From an uncultured Verrucomicrobiota bacterium (lineage in GTDB: Bacteria > Verrucomicrobiota > Verrucomicrobiia > Palsa-1439): a stretch of 64,000 nt of DNA. A program made the translations under genes and the position numbers. Under the pieces are notes generated by a model. It was not told the origin of the DNA. It was given only the letters and a program-made list of their open reading frames with translations, and did not search any database. Below are positions 63,259-64,000 of the stretch, in pieces. The DNA is taken from NCBI GenBank assembly GCA_964541945.1, contig CAZISE010000016.1:20484-84483 (forward strand), written 5' to 3'. Position 1 is the first letter of the stretch. Every line of letters starts with the position of its first letter.

Positions 63259-64000
63259 TTAGGGGGTTGTCTGAAGCATCTGACAACCAACTCTGTGATG
63301 CTCATGTGCTCCGCCTGGCCCCTGCATCGGTAATTTCAACTGAGCGATTCCAACCTGGTCAAGCAGACGTTTCACAGCAAGCTCGCAGTAAGCACGCGCA
63401 ATTTCCGTTCCGATGCCATGACGGTTCGTCTCGTAGCAAGCGACCAGAGTTGTGCCACTTCCGAGAAATGGATCCAAAACCGTGTCACCCACAAAACAGA
63501 ACAACTTGATACAACGACGTGGCAATTCCACCGGATACGGCGCAGGATGACCAATGCGCTTTTTGCTCTCACCGCTAAATGTCCAGACACCGTTTGTCCA
63601 CTCCATGAACTCCTCACGTGTGATGTCTGAGACGCCGGATCCCGATGTTTTTTTCCATGTTTCCTTGTAGAGAACAACGATTACTTCGACAGGGGCAATC
63701 ACAAAAGGAGCCGAGGCGGAGAGCCAGGACCCCCACGCTGTGCGGCGTGAGATGTTTTGTTCATTCCAGATTATGGTGGAGTGGTATTTCCAGCCTATGC
63801 TTTTTGCAATCGTGGTAATGTCAGCACAAACGCTTTGTTGCCCGCCTTTGTTCTTGTCCAGCGGGATATTGAGGCAGAACCGCCCGTCACTCTTGGCCAA
63901 ACGATAACATTTTTCCATCCACTTCCTTGTGAACTCCAGGTATTCGCTGTATTCCAATTGATCGTTGTGCGTGCTGTACGCGATGTCCACGTTATACGGT
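63259..64000 (-). CDS. beta-class DNA methyltransferase (N6A/N4C type), 5' end outside the window
   Basis: In-frame codons upstream of the track's GTG read ..PYN, the end of the (D/S)PPY motif IV, right at the window edge. Downstream are GHPAPYPVELP and motif I (VLDPFLGSGTT) in the beta (IV...I) order. Confidence 0.85.
   Translation of the reverse strand, partial: PYNVDIAYSTHNDQLEYSEYLEFTRKWMEKCYRLAKSDGRFCLNIPLDKNKGGQQSVCADITTIAKSIGWKYHSTIIWNEQNISRRTAWGSWLSASAPFVIAPVEVIVVLYKETWKKTSGSGVSDITREEFMEWTNGVWTFSGESKKRIGHPAPYPVELPRRCIKLFCFVGDTVLDPFLGSGTTLVACYETNRHGIGTEIARAYCELAVKRLLDQVGIAQLKLPMQGPGGAHEHHRVGCQMLQTTP

Noticed and set aside
1-64000. Looked for CRISPR arrays, rRNA genes, transposases/IS ends, integrases next to tRNA-Ser, and toxin-antitoxin pairs.
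   Set aside because: - No regularly spaced direct repeats.
- No rRNA-like conserved blocks.
- No DDE or tyrosine-recombinase motifs in any frame.
- The gene following the tRNA is an ordinary nucleotidyltransferase.

Overview
This is a high-GC bacterial chromosomal window with about 70 densely packed genes. Many adjacent genes overlap by ATGA or GTGA at stop/start junctions. The gene content looks like Verrucomicrobiota or Planctomycetota: many secreted glycan-active enzymes and TAT-signal Gfo/Idh/MocA oxidoreductases. That taxonomic guess is inference only.

Layout, left to right:
- 1-15 kb: glycan-degradation genes (alginate-lyase-like protein, EEP phosphoesterase, tandem-discoidin protein, two TAT Gfo/Idh/MocA paralogs, sialate O-acetylesterase, a 1264-aa GH130-like/GH2 fusion), interleaved with era, a radical SAM gene and rplU-rpmA.
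- 15.7-25.4 kb: housekeeping genes (pfkA, sua5/tsaC, tRNA-Ser(GGA), hpt, Zn-ADH, ACT protein, cysE-like, GT2).
- 25.4-44.0 kb: an unusually large phosphate-acquisition locus. It holds DUF47-PiT, phoR, a first Pst system (pstS-C-A, a degenerate pstB-like gene and pstB), a PhoU fused to a catalytically degenerate LMW-phosphatase/ArsC-like domain, phoB, phoU and a third pstB. A second, long-form Pst system (pstS, 771-aa pstC, 554-aa pstA) follows an OprO/P-like porin. Phased TGTCAC (Pho-box-like) hexamer arrays sit at several promoters.
- 44.1-49.2 kb: an eight-gene translationally coupled operon (LpxH-like metallophosphoesterase, receiver, CHAD, two Tmk-like P-loop proteins, a 97-aa protein, ROK kinase, stand-alone Ppx/GppA-type HD domain). 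I consider this the best candidate for an undescribed polyphosphate- or phosphate-starvation-linked system.
- 49.3-62.5 kb: Rieske protein, queC, a Usp / KimA-like transporter / truncated KdpD / KdpE operon, a large secreted protein, an O-methyltransferase, an APC permease, a DEAD-box helicase and an ArsB/NhaD permease.
- 62.6-64.0 kb: a visibly more A/T-rich segment with a frameshift-split HNH nuclease gene and a beta-class DNA methyltransferase that runs off the window.

I found no rRNA, CRISPR array or transposase. The six-frame track translates GTG/TTG starts as M, so I re-chose many starts by hand. All family assignments come from reading motifs by eye, not from searches.
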